Made by a program: the position numbers and the translations under genes. A DNA stretch of 64,000 nt. It comes from Camelus ferus (taxonomy: Eukaryota). Positions 1-13,343 of the stretch are shown piece after piece. The DNA lies in NCBI RefSeq assembly GCF_009834535.1, contig NC_045696.1, forward strand, positions 78,308,001 through 78,372,000, given 5' to 3'. The number at the start of each line of letters is the position of its first letter. Position 1 is the stretch's first letter. The notes beneath the pieces are model-generated. The model searched no databases. It was not told where the DNA came from and saw only the letters and a program-made list of their open reading frames with translations.

Positions 1-1826
1 CCTTTCCTCTCTGGTAGAGGAGACTAAAATAAAACAGAGGACCTGGTCTAGAGCCCCAGAGCACCAACACCCTCTAGTCAAAAAAACACAAAGCAAAATG
101 GTTCTTTCATTCTCTCTGTGTCCATCAAAAAAAAACAAAAAAAAAACCTGATTCCCACAACTCTATCTTTAAAAAGATATTTCTCTGAAATGTGATACTT
201 AGAGACATGTATGATTACGTTTGATATATCTCTTTTAATTTTCAGTCCAAAGCAGACTAATATATTCTTCAATCAGTGCATTTTATTTAGTTTCTTAATA
301 TTAAATTATCATAGCTTTCCATTCTTTGAATATCCTTTTTCCTATGAAAACAAACTTTTAAGAAGTTGACTATAATTTTAGGGTCATTAGAAAATTAAAG
401 GACATATAAGTGTAAGGAATAATCTGTAAGAAGTAAAGGAGAAGTGATAAAATCAAGTCTCCAAAGTGAATTTCTATTTTTCTAAAAATAAGTGTAAAAA
501 TGCATTGAGTTCATATAAATGGAAGTACAGTAAATAAAAACCCACAAAAACATCTTACCCAATAACAGATATTATCTGTACTTAAAAAAAATTACATTAC
601 CTTGTTAGTTTAAAATATTTATGGGACTTGGAAACAAGAAAACTTTCTTGAATGTTTCATTGTTAGTAAAGCCAAGAAATTACACTGCTTCAAATCAGCA
701 ATGATCTTATCACAACTGATCCTCACTTTTTCCCAGCTCTTATTCACAGTAACAGAAAATTCAATCTTCAGTCTGTCTACAAAGAATTGTAGGTCAAACT
801 CCAACAAGTTTAAAGGTGGTTCTCAAAGCACTACATATAGAAATGATAAAACCCTCCATTCTAATTTTTCTTAAATTAATTTACATAATAATTATTGCTG
901 TATCCTCAGAATCACAGGTGTATTTTGCTAAATCTTGAACTAAACTTTAATAGGTCACTAGATATCAAAACTAATTGTTCTCACACATCATTCTCAGAAA
1001 CTGTGCCATGGTATTGCTTAGTAAAGTAAAGGAGTAAAATATGATTTATTTTATAATTTGCATCTATTCAGGTCAATTTTATTACGATCTTTTCAATGAT
1101 GATGAGGCTTTTCAATGACTCAGATCTACTGCCTGGGAAAGACTTAACAGAAAAATAAGCCAAGAGGCACTGCCTTCATATAGATGTTGCTTTCCTGAAG
1201 GTTTTACTTAGTTAAGTGCAAACACGCACAGTAGTCTTACACATAGCACTTAATTTGAATGCTAATGTTTCCAAACATAACACTAACTCATAGTAAAGAT
1301 CATCATGTGTCTATTCTCTCAAGTGAACAATAAGGCTTGTGCTCCACTGTTTCAAATCAATGTATTCTCAAGGACAGCCTTTATCACTTCTATCTCCAGA
1401 CAGAAGCATATTTTAATTGCTTATTCTCTTCTGTCTTCTTTTTCCTTCATCTGTCTTCTAGCTTTTTGTTATTTTGCATATAGGGTGATGAGTTTCAGAA
1501 TAGGAAGCAGGACATATCTGATTGTACTGAATGGCAGCTAATATTCTTATACAAAGTTTAAATAAAACATATGCTGGATAAGGAAAATTAAAATGGCTTT
1601 AAAGAATATACTTCCATAAACATAATTAAAGCTTCCAATTCTATTTTCTCCTATGTCTTTGAGCAACTAAGCTATTTCAGAGCCCACATATGGATGTCAA
1701 GAATGTGGCCAATATCTATCTTTTATGTACTACTTTCATAATTTTGACACATCAAGGTATTATCTGGATTATTAGTAATCTTACATATTTTACTAGACTC
1801 AACTTTAAAATTTAAATGTTTATTTT

Positions 1827-1924
1827 GTTTTGGTTTGTTTTGTTTTGATGGAGGTACTGGGGATTGAACCCAGGACCTTGTGCATGCTAAGCATGTGCTC
1901 TACTACTGAGCTATTACCCTCCCC
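1827..1924 (-). mobile_element. tRNA-Ala-derived SINE (camelid Vic-1-like), short form
   Basis: Minus strand reads GGGGAGGGTAATAGCTCAGTAGTAGAGCACATGCTTAGCATGCACAAGGTCCTGGGTTCAATCCCCAGTACCTCC plus an (AAAAC)n tail; Pol III A and B boxes; 14-bp TSD taaatgtttatttt (1813-1826) / taaaagtttatttt (1927-1940). Confidence 0.9.
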
Positions 1925-2052
1925 ACTAAAAGTTTATTTTAAAAAGAAATTTTATATCATCACAGAAAATTGAAATTCATAGGTAACCAAAAAGAAATAC
2001 AAAGAAAATAAACCAATGATATTTAATTTCAAGTGAATTTTAAATCCGCACA

Positions 2053-2176
2053 ACTGGAATATAAGCTCCATGAAGACAAGGATTTTGTCTCTTTTATTCA
2101 CTGTTTTACCTCAAGCACTTACCGTAGTACCGGGCATATAAGTTATTACTCGGTAAAAATGTATTGAAAGAATAAA
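2053..2176 (+). mobile_element. L2 LINE 3' end fragment
   Basis: ctggaatataagctccatgaagacaaggattttgtct...gggcatata...aatgtattgaaagaata matches the L2 3' terminus pattern. Confidence 0.75.
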
Positions 2177-2499
2177 AAACAAATATAGTGGGAGGTAAAT
2201 TGAAAATATTAATCAGTTTTGTGCTCTGCTCCACAAAGATAATTTCCTAATTATCAAGGGTTGGTCTTCCAATAAATTCTTGTTCATCTCAAAGTAAAGG
2301 AAGTTCTAATAAAATATGATAGAAACTGGTATCTGTATACAGTATATATATAAATGCTTATATGTTTATTCACTGCAATATGTTAATTTCTGATAGTGAG
2401 CAGGATTTTATAATGCTATTATTTAACATTCTATTGTTCAGATGTTATTATTATATAAATTTCAACAGTGCAATTTCCAAGTTGACCAAAGCTCTAGGC

Positions 2500-2680
2500 A
2501 GTACCTTTTTCTTCTGCTGTAAATAGAATGACTTGCAGAAATTTAAATAATACTGATGCCTGGGTCCCACATACCTTGGGCCAATCGAATCAGAATCTAC
2601 TGGAAATAAGGTCAACCATCATTGGTTCTAAAAGCTCCCAAATGATTCAGATTGTGCAGACAATGCTGTGAGCCACCGAC
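2500..2680. mobile_element. MER5-type hAT-Charlie MITE remnant
   Basis: tactgatgcctgggtcccac...aatcagaatct...aaaagctccca aatgattc resembles the MER5A/B body. Confidence 0.6.
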
Positions 2681-2915
2681 CCAGGAGGACAGCAGTGAAA
2701 ACTCATTTGTCTGTACTGAATATGACCCTCTATCAGTCTTGAGCTTTTAAAATTTATCTTATCTTTTTACATAAGATACAACCTAAATTTTCTCTGCTTT
2801 ATCAGCTTGGGAAAGTTCCTCTCAGGTTTCCATATATACAATTTTAAAAGCTATCCTTATTTAAAACTATCTTCAAAAAAGCAATCCTTAACTTTAATTT
2901 GCTATATAGCACTCC

Positions 2916-2946
<31 letters not shown>

Positions 2947-4106
2947 TCCCACTATCTCTAATATTTTGGAAACTAAAATCTTCTGAATTGATTTTAAAAA
3001 TAACATTTATTTCCTCTTGGACACAAAGCTTCGTTTTCTCACTCCTCTTTGGCTCAGGATTGGTAATGGTTACCATGTGAATTATACACTGCCTAATATA
3101 ATGGATAAAATATATTTCAGACATGACAGTGTGACAGCAGAGTAGCCCACAGTTGTGCCGACATGATCAGATAAGACAGAAAAATACCCTAGGTTGCCAA
3201 TAACTTAAGAAACATTAAATCAATAATTTCAATTTAGGGCCAAAGTGGGGATGAGTGTCTGATGGGGGGTGTTTATCAAAGGGATACAGTGCTACATTCA
3301 CAGAAATTCAATTCTCCTACTGGAACTCCAAGATCCATTATTTGGATAACACTTCATTCTGTCATCATGCAAATTGATTTACCCACATGTTACACCATAT
3401 TTTTTCAACAGGACATCTGTTTTTGTGGTTTCCATAAGGAATTTATGGTCATTATTTTTTAAGGACACCAACTGAATCAGCAAAGATTTATTATATTCGG
3501 ACAATGGGGGAAATCCAGAAATATAATTAAAATTGAAAAATAAAAACAGAAAGTAAAATGTCCTTACTATCGATGAAGGTTACCATTTTCCTTGGTGTTA
3601 AGGCGTGAAATGCTATCATATCTGGTTTCTCTATTACTACATATAATTAACAACCAGGTCTTATGAAATAGTATCTTTCCAAAATGTTTTCACCTATCAC
3701 AAGTTAACATTCTCACTGCATCATCTCATTCAGGTCTTAGATTTTCAAGCTTGGATTTTAGTTCGAGTCTCTGAACTTGGCTTCTTGTTTTCTTTCCTAC
3801 TATCTACCTTGCACATTACTGGCAGATTAATATTTTTTAAATCCCACTGTAATCACTTCATCCTGGTAAATCCTTTTCCTGCCTACCAACGACATAAAAG
3901 CCAAACTCCAGCATCAGACACTACAAACCTTACATGATTTTATTCTCAACAAACTTCATCACAACATTTTCTTCTTTCCCTTTTCTAATTTATCAAACAC
4001 AGAAACGCTGCATTAAGTTGCCTTTTATGGAACAAAGTGGAAATTTATTTCTGCCATCATATAATATAAAATGTGAAGCCAGAAAAATTTGCAATTAAAT
4101 ACAAAC

Positions 4107-4536
4107 TGCACTACCAACTTCCTGATTGTGTCCCCACAAAAATCATCTGTTGTAATCCTAACTTCTTATATCTCAGAATGTGACTTTATTTGGAAATAGG
4201 GTCATTGCAGATGTAATTAGTTATGATGAGTCATACTGGCTTACTGTCCTTATCAAAGGGGAAATTTGGACCCAGACACACACACACACAAACACACACA
4301 CACGGAGAACACCATGTGGAGATGGGAGTAATGTTGCCACAAGCAAAGGAACTACCAGAAGCCAAGAGAGAGAGTCCTGGAATAGGTCCTCCCCTAGAGC
4401 CTTCAGAGGGAGCATGGTCCTGCCAACACCGTAATCTTGGACTTCTAGCCTCCAGAACTGGGAGACAAAACATTTGTGTCGGTTAAGCCACTTAGTTTGT
4501 GGCACTTTGCTGCAGCAGTCCTAGGAAACTAATACA
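4107..4536 (+). mobile_element. MLT1 (MaLR) solo LTR, MLT1B/C-like, with internal (CA)n
   Basis: tctcagaatgtgactttatttggaaatagggtcattgcagatgtaattag; ggacttctagcctccagaactg; ends ggaaactaataca. Confidence 0.85.
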
Positions 4537-6546
4537 TTGACTGAATAATTATTTTACATGTTTTAGTTGGATAATTTTCATTTTAAAATGGGGATTATAA
4601 CATTTGTATCAGATGATGGCTATAAGGACTATGAGACAGTGTTTGTAAAGTAATACAGGGTCTGACTATAGGAGTTATTGTCCTTCCTCTTTGTTCGCAC
4701 TGCTACTAATTTACGTGAACTATAGGTACCTGGGAAAACTAAAGCTGTGTATCTTACAGGCTTCAACTGTAGAATGGTAAAAATACTTTACCTGGCAGCA
4801 ACCTGTATCACAGAGTTCCCTGTGTTTCCTCAAGTTCAAAGTTCTACGATTTAGGAACAGAACTCATACCCTTGATCTTTTCTTAACTCCTTATCTCCTC
4901 TGATAGTTAATTCTTCAGAGGTGATGCTGTAACTTGAACTATGACTGACACAGTTTTTGTTCTTCGCATTCTAAGAATTAACTTACCCTACAGTGTACCA
5001 AATGCAGTTCTAAAGTCGAGAAAACCCTAATAGTGCTCTCTGATGATTACTATTTTTATGGTAGGAAAAAACACAGATATTTTATATTAATTCTAAAAGG
5101 CCAGATTTATCACTTTTTTAATTAGAAAATGAATAGTTTTATTGTTCTATTTATTCTATCATAGTTAACAAATAACCTTTAAACTCTATATTTCTGTACT
5201 TGCATTGTTGGAATGAAGGACCATTAAAGAATGTGTTTGTATTAGTCATAACATTCTAAAAATAATGGTCAATGGCCACAGCTGTCATTGGCAGTGCATT
5301 AATTTTGCAAATTTTTAATCAGATGATCCAGTGCTTGGTTTGAAAGAATGATGGAGGAATTCTAACTCCTGTAATCAGAAAACACACAATAGATACATCA
5401 TCTTTACTCTCTTAAAAGCCTAACTTTAGTTTCATGTGTGCCTAAAGCACAGAATCTGTCCAGGGAGAAGTAAAGACCTACTGGCCTTTGTTCACAGATA
5501 CTCAAAAATTTAACATTTAGAATCCATTTAATTAGAAAGTAATTTGCTCCTTGGTATTTATGAAGTTATAATTCCAAGCCATGTTGAAACACTGTAAAAA
5601 GAAGCAGGTTAAGGAATCAATCACCAATGTGAAAATGATTTGATGAATCTGGTGATTCCCCAGCTCAAAAGACTTTAGAGAGCCCCTTATAATGTCCAAA
5701 TGTTAAAGTCCATATTAATTTATAAGTTATGCTATCTAGTGTTAGCAAGTAACTACTACTTCAATTTGAGTACAGGTTTATTCAGCTTCTAACTAAGGGC
5801 TGAATTCCACCATTTAACAGTAAAAACAATATGCTAACGATATACATAATATGAGAAAAAAATGAAAGAACTGTAGCTCTGTCAACTTTATAGTGATGAA
5901 CAAGTAAACATATAATAATCATCGTTATTAGACATACAGAATGAGAATATGTGTGTGTTGTATATATTTACACACAGATTGACAGGCTGAACGAGGATGC
6001 CAGGTATTTTCTAACAGTAATCTACATAATCAGAAATTCATATATATGCAGAAAGGTGCCATTTTTATTTTTTTATATAATATATGTTTTTAAATGATTT
6101 TACATAATGTTGATAAATAAACTGTAAGTAGTCAAACATGAATTTTTATTATCTAAAAAGAACTTGATTTCATATAGACAAAAAGTAAATTTATAGATGT
6201 CGTAGTCACTAATCAATGATCAACAATTCAATAAGAATTCTGATGTTTAACGTGCTACACTTTCTCAAGAACTCTCATTTCAGATCTGACCCTAGGTAAT
6301 ATCAATAATGGTGACCCTCTGCTTTCCCTGTGGCATTAAAAAAGAAAGCCTACTTTCATGAAGCCATGTTATACAAAGCCTAACCATATAGCTAGAAATC
6401 TTATGTTTACATTTTGTGTCTGAGATTCCAAGGAGATTGTGCTTACATTATGGTCACAGTTCATGTTTTTGCCAAAGGTTTTTCTTGAAACTGGGCCACA
6501 CTGATGGAGACAAGAACAGTTCTGATATAGCCTTACGTTTGCACTC

Positions 6547-7098
6547 TAAAAGGGTTCAGAAGGAGCCTTCCCAAAATGTGTCACTTTAGCATGTGGATTA
6601 TTTTGAGCTGAAGACAATGGAAGCCCAAAAGACTCAGGGAGAACATTTTACCTCCCCCTCAACTGCCTAAAAGAATTTAGATAGAAGAAGGCCTGGTCCA
6701 AGAAGAGAGCTATCACCACAGATAACTACAGAGAGTATGGGCTAGGTGTGGTAAACTGGGGGAAACTCAGCAGAGCCTGTTTGTTCAACGTCTCTGTATC
6801 CTGTTGTCTCTGCAGGGCATGACGAATGTTTGTTCACCAAGCATTTGTTCTTCCTATCTTCCTGTTAATAGTCTTCCTTCCCTTTGAAGCCCCAGACTCT
6901 CTCTCACCTATTCTTAGCTCAGAATGTCAATAAGCCTCAATTGCCTGAATGTCAGGGAGCCTCTCATCGACCCTGTAGGGCTTCCATATGTACATAATTA
7001 AATCTGTCTTTCTCCTATTTATCTGTTTTACATCAATTTAATCAACAGACCAGACAAAAGAACCTAGAAGAGTAGAGAAAAATTTTTCTTCCCCTACA
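6547..7098 (+). mobile_element. MER34-family ERV1 solo LTR
   Basis: Starts taaaagggttcaga...ggattattttgagctgaag and ends tttcttcccctaca; exact 4-bp TSD actc (6543-6546 / 7099-7102). Confidence 0.85.
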
Positions 7099-7875
7099 AC
7101 TCAAAGATGGCCAGAGACCTCACCCTTAAAGAATGATCCATAGTCACCAACATCTGTGAATCACTTCTACAATCATCATATCATCACATCATTTCTACCA
7201 CACAGCTCTGATTCTTCAAAATCTACGATTCTGTTAGACTCAAATCTGATTAGCAACAAACATGTCTTTTAATCCTCATCAGATTAATTAGTATTTTCAG
7301 TTTGAATCAGAATACCCAACAATGTCTTCATTTTGTTTTTTGTTTTTTTTTTTCCCCTGATGTTCCAAGTTCAAGGTGCTCAGATGTCATGACACATCTG
7401 TAAGGAAGTATGATCTTATGAACCACTGGTATTAAGTGGATTGAAATTCTCAAAACACTTTTTACTTCTAATTTCTTTTGGAAATCCAAGGAAGCAGCTC
7501 AGTATATACCTTCTGGAAGTATCTACCATTTCACCAAATAGCTGAGTTACAGTAAACCACATCTCTAAATATGTCCTAAATATTCACCAAATGTTGATGG
7601 CTATAAGGACTTTCAGAAAAACTTCTTCTATTATATTACATCTTATAAACTCTCAAGAGGAATAAGGTGTGGAACCTGAGCACACCAGCCTTCTCTTTGT
7701 TCTTGAAAAATCTTTCTCCCCTCAATTGTAAGTGCTTGATCTATGGTGAATGCATTCAACTTTTTGGGGTTCAAATTTCTCAAATTCCTTACAGGTAGGT
7801 GTTAAGAACTAACATCTCATTTGTGATTGCTCATAATAAAAACTGGTATTAATTTTTATTTCTCTTTCTCTATGT

Positions 7876-8053
7876 CAGTGGCTTTCAAACTTTGACATTG
7901 TCAGATCCAGCTTGTTAAAACAGATTGCTAGGCCCCAACATTACAGTTTCTGATTCATTAGATCTGAGGGTGAGGCCTGAAAATTTGCATGTCTAACAAG
8001 GTCTCAGGTAATGCTGATGCTGCTTATCCGAAACCATACTTTGAGAAGTACTG
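7876..8053. mobile_element. MER5A hAT-Charlie MITE
   Basis: Terminal inverted repeats cagtggctttcaaac / tttgagaagtactg; 8-bp TSD ctctatgt (7868-7875) / ctctattt (8054-8061). Confidence 0.85.
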
Positions 8054-8888
8054 CTCTATTTGTAACAAAAAATTAAAGTAACCTACATTCAAGAGTCAGT
8101 CCAAATTTGGTAGACTAGCAATCCATTTCTCAAACAGCTGGAAAATTGCCTTCAAACGTAAACACTCAGGCAGTCCTTTGCTACCATTTGATCTCTGTTT
8201 GCACCAAAGAAATGTTATAATTTTTGTGCAAAATTCCATAGTTAAATTTACCATATAATACATGACAGTTACTAAGTGATATACAGTGTTTGACCAACTA
8301 CCTTTTTATATTTTGGTAATTTATTTGCATTATATTTCCAAAAGGGCAAATTGACTAATGCTTTTTTTAATCTCAAGCTCTTCTTCACAATTTATTCCAC
8401 ACATCATAATCACTGTGGAGCATCCTACTTATAAATAACTTGTCAGGGTAACACAGCTAGTTAAGTGATGGGGAACAGATTTAAATCTAGCTCTATTTGA
8501 TTATTTTATAATGATACTAACTGCCTAGATATTATTAACCTATTCATAATTTATAAAATTAAGTATCTGAGGGCTGACTGTTGGGTAAAGTATTGCATTT
8601 AATATTGGAAATAATTACTGAAGAGGACAAAATCTTGTCCTTACATTTATAACACTGTAGAGAAGTTTTACACATAAAATGCTTCAATACGATGTGATAA
8701 ATGCTACAATATCAATAATATATCTTATCACACTGCAATCTAGTTTCAAAGCACATTCTCCAAAACAGTATAACTTAATCTTCAAAATAACATGAGAATT
8801 CACTAAATTTTTCTTTTTTGATTTGATAGGTGAACCAGCTACAGAACAAAGATGTTACATGACTTTCTTCCTATTCTGTTCTGTAGAT

Positions 8889-9122
8889 CAATGTCTCCCA
8901 AAGCATATTTAGCAGCACACTTAACCTAAGTGATGCTCAAAAGAAAAAGAGGGTTCTGTGGGCACATCTGTATATCTCCTGAGAGATTCATAATGCACAT
9001 TATCATTTTAATAGTTCCAAGAAGACCTTCAGTTTTTTTTTAATGCCTATTGACTTTGCTTAATCCAGTGTTACCCAAATTTATGTAACCATAAAACTCT
9101 ATTTGAAACTTTTGAAACACTG
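8889..9122. mobile_element. Ancient hAT-Charlie-type DNA transposon remnant (family not assigned)
   Basis: Ends caatgtctcccaaa / ttttgaaacactg; internal gagattcataatgcacattatcat and cagtgttacccaaatttat segments typical of old Charlie MITEs. Confidence 0.55.
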
Positions 9123-9490
9123 ATCTGTATCTACAGTTTTTTAAAGATGTTCTGCCTAGACCTAATGGTTTCTATAAGATTGTGGTATTGAGTGGGGTGC
9201 ACTGAACTAGTCCTTCTTGGCTTCTTCCCTTTTCCCTGCAGGGGAAAGGACATAATAAAGGATGTGATTATCCAAGTCAAGTGATATGTTACTAATTTAC
9301 AAGAATCACCAAAATTTATACTAAACCCCCAGGAAAATGGTTTGAATAGGACTTTATCTTGAAATATAACTAAAGTTTATTTTATATTAAAAATAGGCTA
9401 TAATTTGTCAATTTGTATAATGAACAAATAGCAAATCAAGTTGTTATAAAATTCTTAAAAAATTTAATAGTATGACATATGATTTTTTTT

Positions 9491-9590
9491 CTTTAATTTT
9501 TTTTCCACTTAACAGAGGCATTGGGGATTGAACTCAGGATCTCATGTATGCCAAGCATGAATTCTACCACTGAGCTATACCCCTCAACCC
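9491..9590 (-). mobile_element. tRNA-Ala-derived SINE (Vic-1-like), short form, more diverged
   Basis: Minus strand GGGTTGAGGGGTATAGCTCAGTGGTAGAATTCATGCTTGGCATACATGAGATCCTGAGTTCAATCCCCAATGCCTC plus A tail; TSD gacatatgatttttttt (9474-9490) / gacacatgacttttttt (9591-9607). Confidence 0.88.
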
Positions 9591-9904
9591 GACACATGAC
9601 TTTTTTTATTGAATGCTTGACTTTTACATAATTAGCATAAAAAGCCTCTTCAATAATATTCAAAATGCTTATCAAATTTTTTCAAAAGCCTTTCTTATTT
9701 CTTTGAAAAACATACCTAGCAGTTTTTTTGAAACACCTATCCGACAGTTACCTTGAATTCCTTTTATGAGCGTATCTTATGATCCCCACAGAGAAAACAA
9801 AACTTAAAAAAAAAAAGAGATAAAGACGTGCATTAGAATCAGGAAATTACACGTTGGGAGTAGAGTGGGAAGGGAAACAGTGAAGACCATGTGATGTGGC
9901 AGTA

Positions 9905-10939
9905 CGTAATAATCATGTCTATTTTCTGTATTCTATGCTGCTTTGACATCTTGGGGCCTTGCTAATCCTGGAGAGCCTGTCGCCTCCTTCAGCCACCAGA
10001 GTCAGCTAATTCCTAGAGATGGCAAACAACTTGCCCACCAGCATGCCCTTCATAGGCAAACAAACCAACCCAATGCCCATACCTCCTACCACCTCCTTTA
10101 TCTAATGGTCACACATCAAGCCAATAGTACCCCCTGCCCTCATCACCTCAGGGCCATGTAACAGACAACAAGAAGCCATCCCCATGGCCCAGAGCCCCCA
10201 AAATTATTCAAACCAACAAATCCTCAATTGTTTACCCTGCCCTGCCTTGCCTTTCTCTTGAAACTACAATAGAGGATCTGGGCCATGCTGTCAACTCAGT
10301 CTGCCTCCTGACTGAAGGGGTTCAGAACAAGCATCCCTGAAATACTGCACTTTGGCATGTGGATTGCTTTGAGCTGGAAACACTCAAGGCCCCAAAGACT
10401 CAGGAAGAGCTTTTTACCTCTCCTTAACTACTTAAAAGAATTTAGATACTGAGCCTAGTCAGAGAGAGACTTATTACTAGAGATAACTTTTTGCCTGAAT
10501 GACCTGTCTGTATGTCAGGGCAAACATTTAATTACCAAATATCTGCTATTTATATTGTCCTGAGAATTACCTTCATCCCTGCTGAAGCCCCAGGCCCCTA
10601 ACCCATTCCTTAGTTTAGGATGGCATACAAGCCTCAACTACCCGACTTGTCCTTGGTTTTTATATTTTTATGGGGCTCCTGTATGTATGTAATTTAATTT
10701 GTTTTTCTCCTGTTAATCTGTCTTTTGCCAATAGACCAGCCAAAAGAACCTAGAAGGATAATAGAAAACTTCCCTCCACTACATGACCCAACCTACTACT
10801 TTCCCACATGGCCCTGCAGGTCATGACATGCCTTCTTCTCTTCGAAACTGTAAGTAATACAATGTCTTTCAGTGGCATTGACCTCCCCATGTGGTCAGTC
10901 ATTCACTTCTATAAATTAAATTCCAGCTACAATCAAACA
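9905..10939 (+). mobile_element. MER74-family ERVL solo LTR, split by a nested MER34-type LTR
   Basis: attttctgtattctatgctgctttgacatcttggggccttgct...aattcctagagat...aaattattcaaac...ctgcctcctgac; resumes at 10788 and ends ...aaaca at 10939. Confidence 0.8.
10313..10783 (+). mobile_element. MER34-family ERV1 solo LTR nested in MER74
   Basis: tgaaggggttcagaa...ccactaca; exact 4-bp TSD tgac (10309-10312 / 10784-10787); homologous to 6547-7098 (shared aaagactcagg, aaaagaatttagata, aaaagaacctagaag). Confidence 0.88.
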
Positions 10940-11339
10940 TAGTGGAAGTGCACTCTGCCAGGTCACCACTTACCAATGGCTTTGTAAGTAATTTGATCAC
11001 TTTGCCAACAGTACCTACTCACATTTACAACATCTTGCACTTATTGCAAGGTTTAGACTTTACACTTTCAATTTAATTATATAATGTAGTCAGATGTAAT
11101 ATTAGATAGGGGAGATTGACTAAGGCTTGACCTTGTTAGATGACTGACCTTTTTAGATGGGGACATAAAAGATTTGTGTTTCACTGGGAGGGATTTTTGA
11201 GTAGGGATTAAATATGTAATCAGTTCATTGAAGAATATTTTTATTGTATAATAGTTGTTTCCATATCTAACTCATAGTGGCCAAGTCTCAAATAAAGAAT
11301 CCTTGGAAAACCAGAAGCTCCTCTCTACAGTTCACATAT

Positions 11340-11714
11340 TGAGGGAATTTCCATTTGTAAAGTTATATCAAAGCCAGGGAGAGAACTACTCCCAGAGAAA
11401 TCACCCCCTCAGAGACTCCAATTTGTATAAACAGACAACCCTATTTACCAAGCATTTCCTCCCCTCACCGTTTTACAACCTCCTCTCCCCACTTCAAGAA
11501 GCCTACAACCCCTTTTCCTTTGTTTAGCCTGAGATTGTATAAGCCTCAGTCACCTGGCTGCTTCCTAGGGTCACATTTCATTATAAAACTCCCACATATA
11601 CATAATTAAACTGTTTTTTTGTTGTTGTTGTTAATTTCTTTTATCAGTTTGGTTTGAAGGCTCCAGTCATTAAACCTAGGAGAGTCAAAGGAACAAAATT
11701 TTTCCTCCCCTATA
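11340..11714 (+). mobile_element. MER34-related ERV1 LTR, 3' portion
   Basis: taagcctca, tacataattaaa, aacctaggagag and terminal tttttcctcccctata parallel the 3' half of the two MER34-type LTRs upstream; 5' end not clear. Confidence 0.65.
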
Positions 11715-11917
11715 GTAGTCCCTATGAGTGTGGGGAAAACCAAGATAACATTCTGTTACTGTTTTACCATTTTGAATTTTTAAAGAGAAAAGGTAAGTTG
11801 TTATTGTCATAATTTAAGGCTTGTTTAATATAGAATTTTGCCTAGGGCTTTATTTTTATCTTTTATGCACTAATAAATAGAAATAAATCTTCAGCTTTAA
11901 ATACAATTTAGTATCAG

Positions 11918-12401
11918 TGTGAATGAAAAATATTGCCAGCCCTATCAGTAAACAAAGAATGCTGTGGCCATCAAGCCATCAGCCACCAACGACCCACCCC
12001 TACCCCAAAAGTGAACTCAGGATGCAGACAAGCAGGCAGCCCAGCCTCTGCAGCCACCCTCAACCATGCACCCTGAGGGAACCAATAAATGTGGAAGAAC
12101 TGAATACTGAAATGAGTGATTTCAATGAGCCCAGACATTTGCACCTTCCTGCACATAGAAAAGCACTAAATTCCCTAACTTGAGATATCTGGTTTTCTTT
12201 AATTAACACTAATCTTTTGACGTTCTGACTACTTGGTTGTTGCTGCAAAAACTCTTATATATCCTGGCTTATACCATGCCACTTTGGGACAGTCTCTTAG
12301 AGCAATCTGAGAAGCTGTGTCCCAGGCTCGAGTCCTCAGGAAGTCCACTGAATAAAATACAACTTTCACCTTTTAGGTTGTGCATTTTATTTCAGTCAAC
12401 A
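11918..12401 (+). mobile_element. ERV1-class solo LTR (family not named), copy 1
   Basis: TG...CA ends (tgtgaatg...tcagtcaaca), AATAAA at about 12351, exact 4-bp TSD tcag (11914-11917 / 12402-12405); homologous to 39517-40002. Confidence 0.85.
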
Positions 12402-12839
12402 TCAGTGTATTTTAAACTAAGTCTTGAAGGCTGCAACTTTTTAAAAATGGAATTTTGAAGATATAAGGAATGTGATTAAAACTGTACAAATAATTAATTT
12501 GAAAATGTAAGACACATAACATATATTAAGCCTATAAGCAAGTGGGGAAGAATCATTTTTATAATAAAAACAAGCCTAATATGCATTAAAATGTGTCCTT
12601 ATAAACATAAGACATTTTGACAACTCTAAATACCATAATTAGCAATTTTTTCACTAATCAAATATTCTAATTAACAAAAAAGTCATATTTATCCTAAATA
12701 TTAGTACATTTATAAATAGACTAAAGAAATACATCCACATTAAAACTATACTTATAATAATTTTATCTTTCTTCTTTGATTTGGAAAATATTTTATGATC
12801 TCTCAGTGCTTTGGGTTCCTATTAGAATCATCATTTTTA

Positions 12840-13290
12840 ATTTATGCATCCAATCAACAAATGCCTCCAGTATGGCATGTATTAGGTTAGGTTCTGGAAA
12901 TACAAACACAAATAAAACAAAACCATCTCTGCTCTTGAGAATTTTACAGATCTGCTCAAGGGGCAGGTAATTAAGTGGGAATTGTAGTGCTCAGTGATGT
13001 GTGCTGGAATGAGGGGATGCTAGAAAGGCCTGGGAGATCAGAGGTGGCCTCCAAAGGAAGGAAACAACTAAAATGAGTAAGAGTTGAAAAGACATTCCAG
13101 TCTTTGGGCTCAGAGGTAAGAGAGTATAAAGCAGGCCTCAGGAAGTGGGATAGTGGCAACACATAAAGCCAAGCTGGTCATAAGAAGTCAAATCATCAAG
13201 GGTTTCTTGGGCTGAGAAGAGTTTAGCCATCATCCTGAAGGTAATGGGGACCCACTGAAAGCTTTTCATCAGAGATACAAAATGATGGAT
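12840..13290 (-). mobile_element. L2 LINE fragment
   Basis: catccaatcaacaaat...ggttctggaaatacaaac...tcctgaaggtaatggggacccactgaaagctttt matches antisense L2. Confidence 0.6.
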
Positions 13291-13343
13291 ACTGCTGAAT
13301 ATTTGAGGCAGAGCATTGTTTAATTAAGATTTATAGAATCCCA

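Noticed and set aside
4987..5010. Minus-strand ELHLVH peptide resembling the carbonic anhydrase zinc-ligand motif, in a 23-nt AG/GT-bounded unit
   Set aside because: Continues CR rather than WN, and no other carbonic anhydrase sequence is present; treated as coincidence.
7780..7800. Single ttccttacag|gtaggt composite splice motif
   Set aside because: Weak pyrimidine tract and no supporting feature; likely chance.
6547..10783. MER34-type LTR pair as a single proviral unit
   Set aside because: Different exact TSDs (actc, tgac); the second is nested in MER74; the intervening DNA holds unrelated older repeats.
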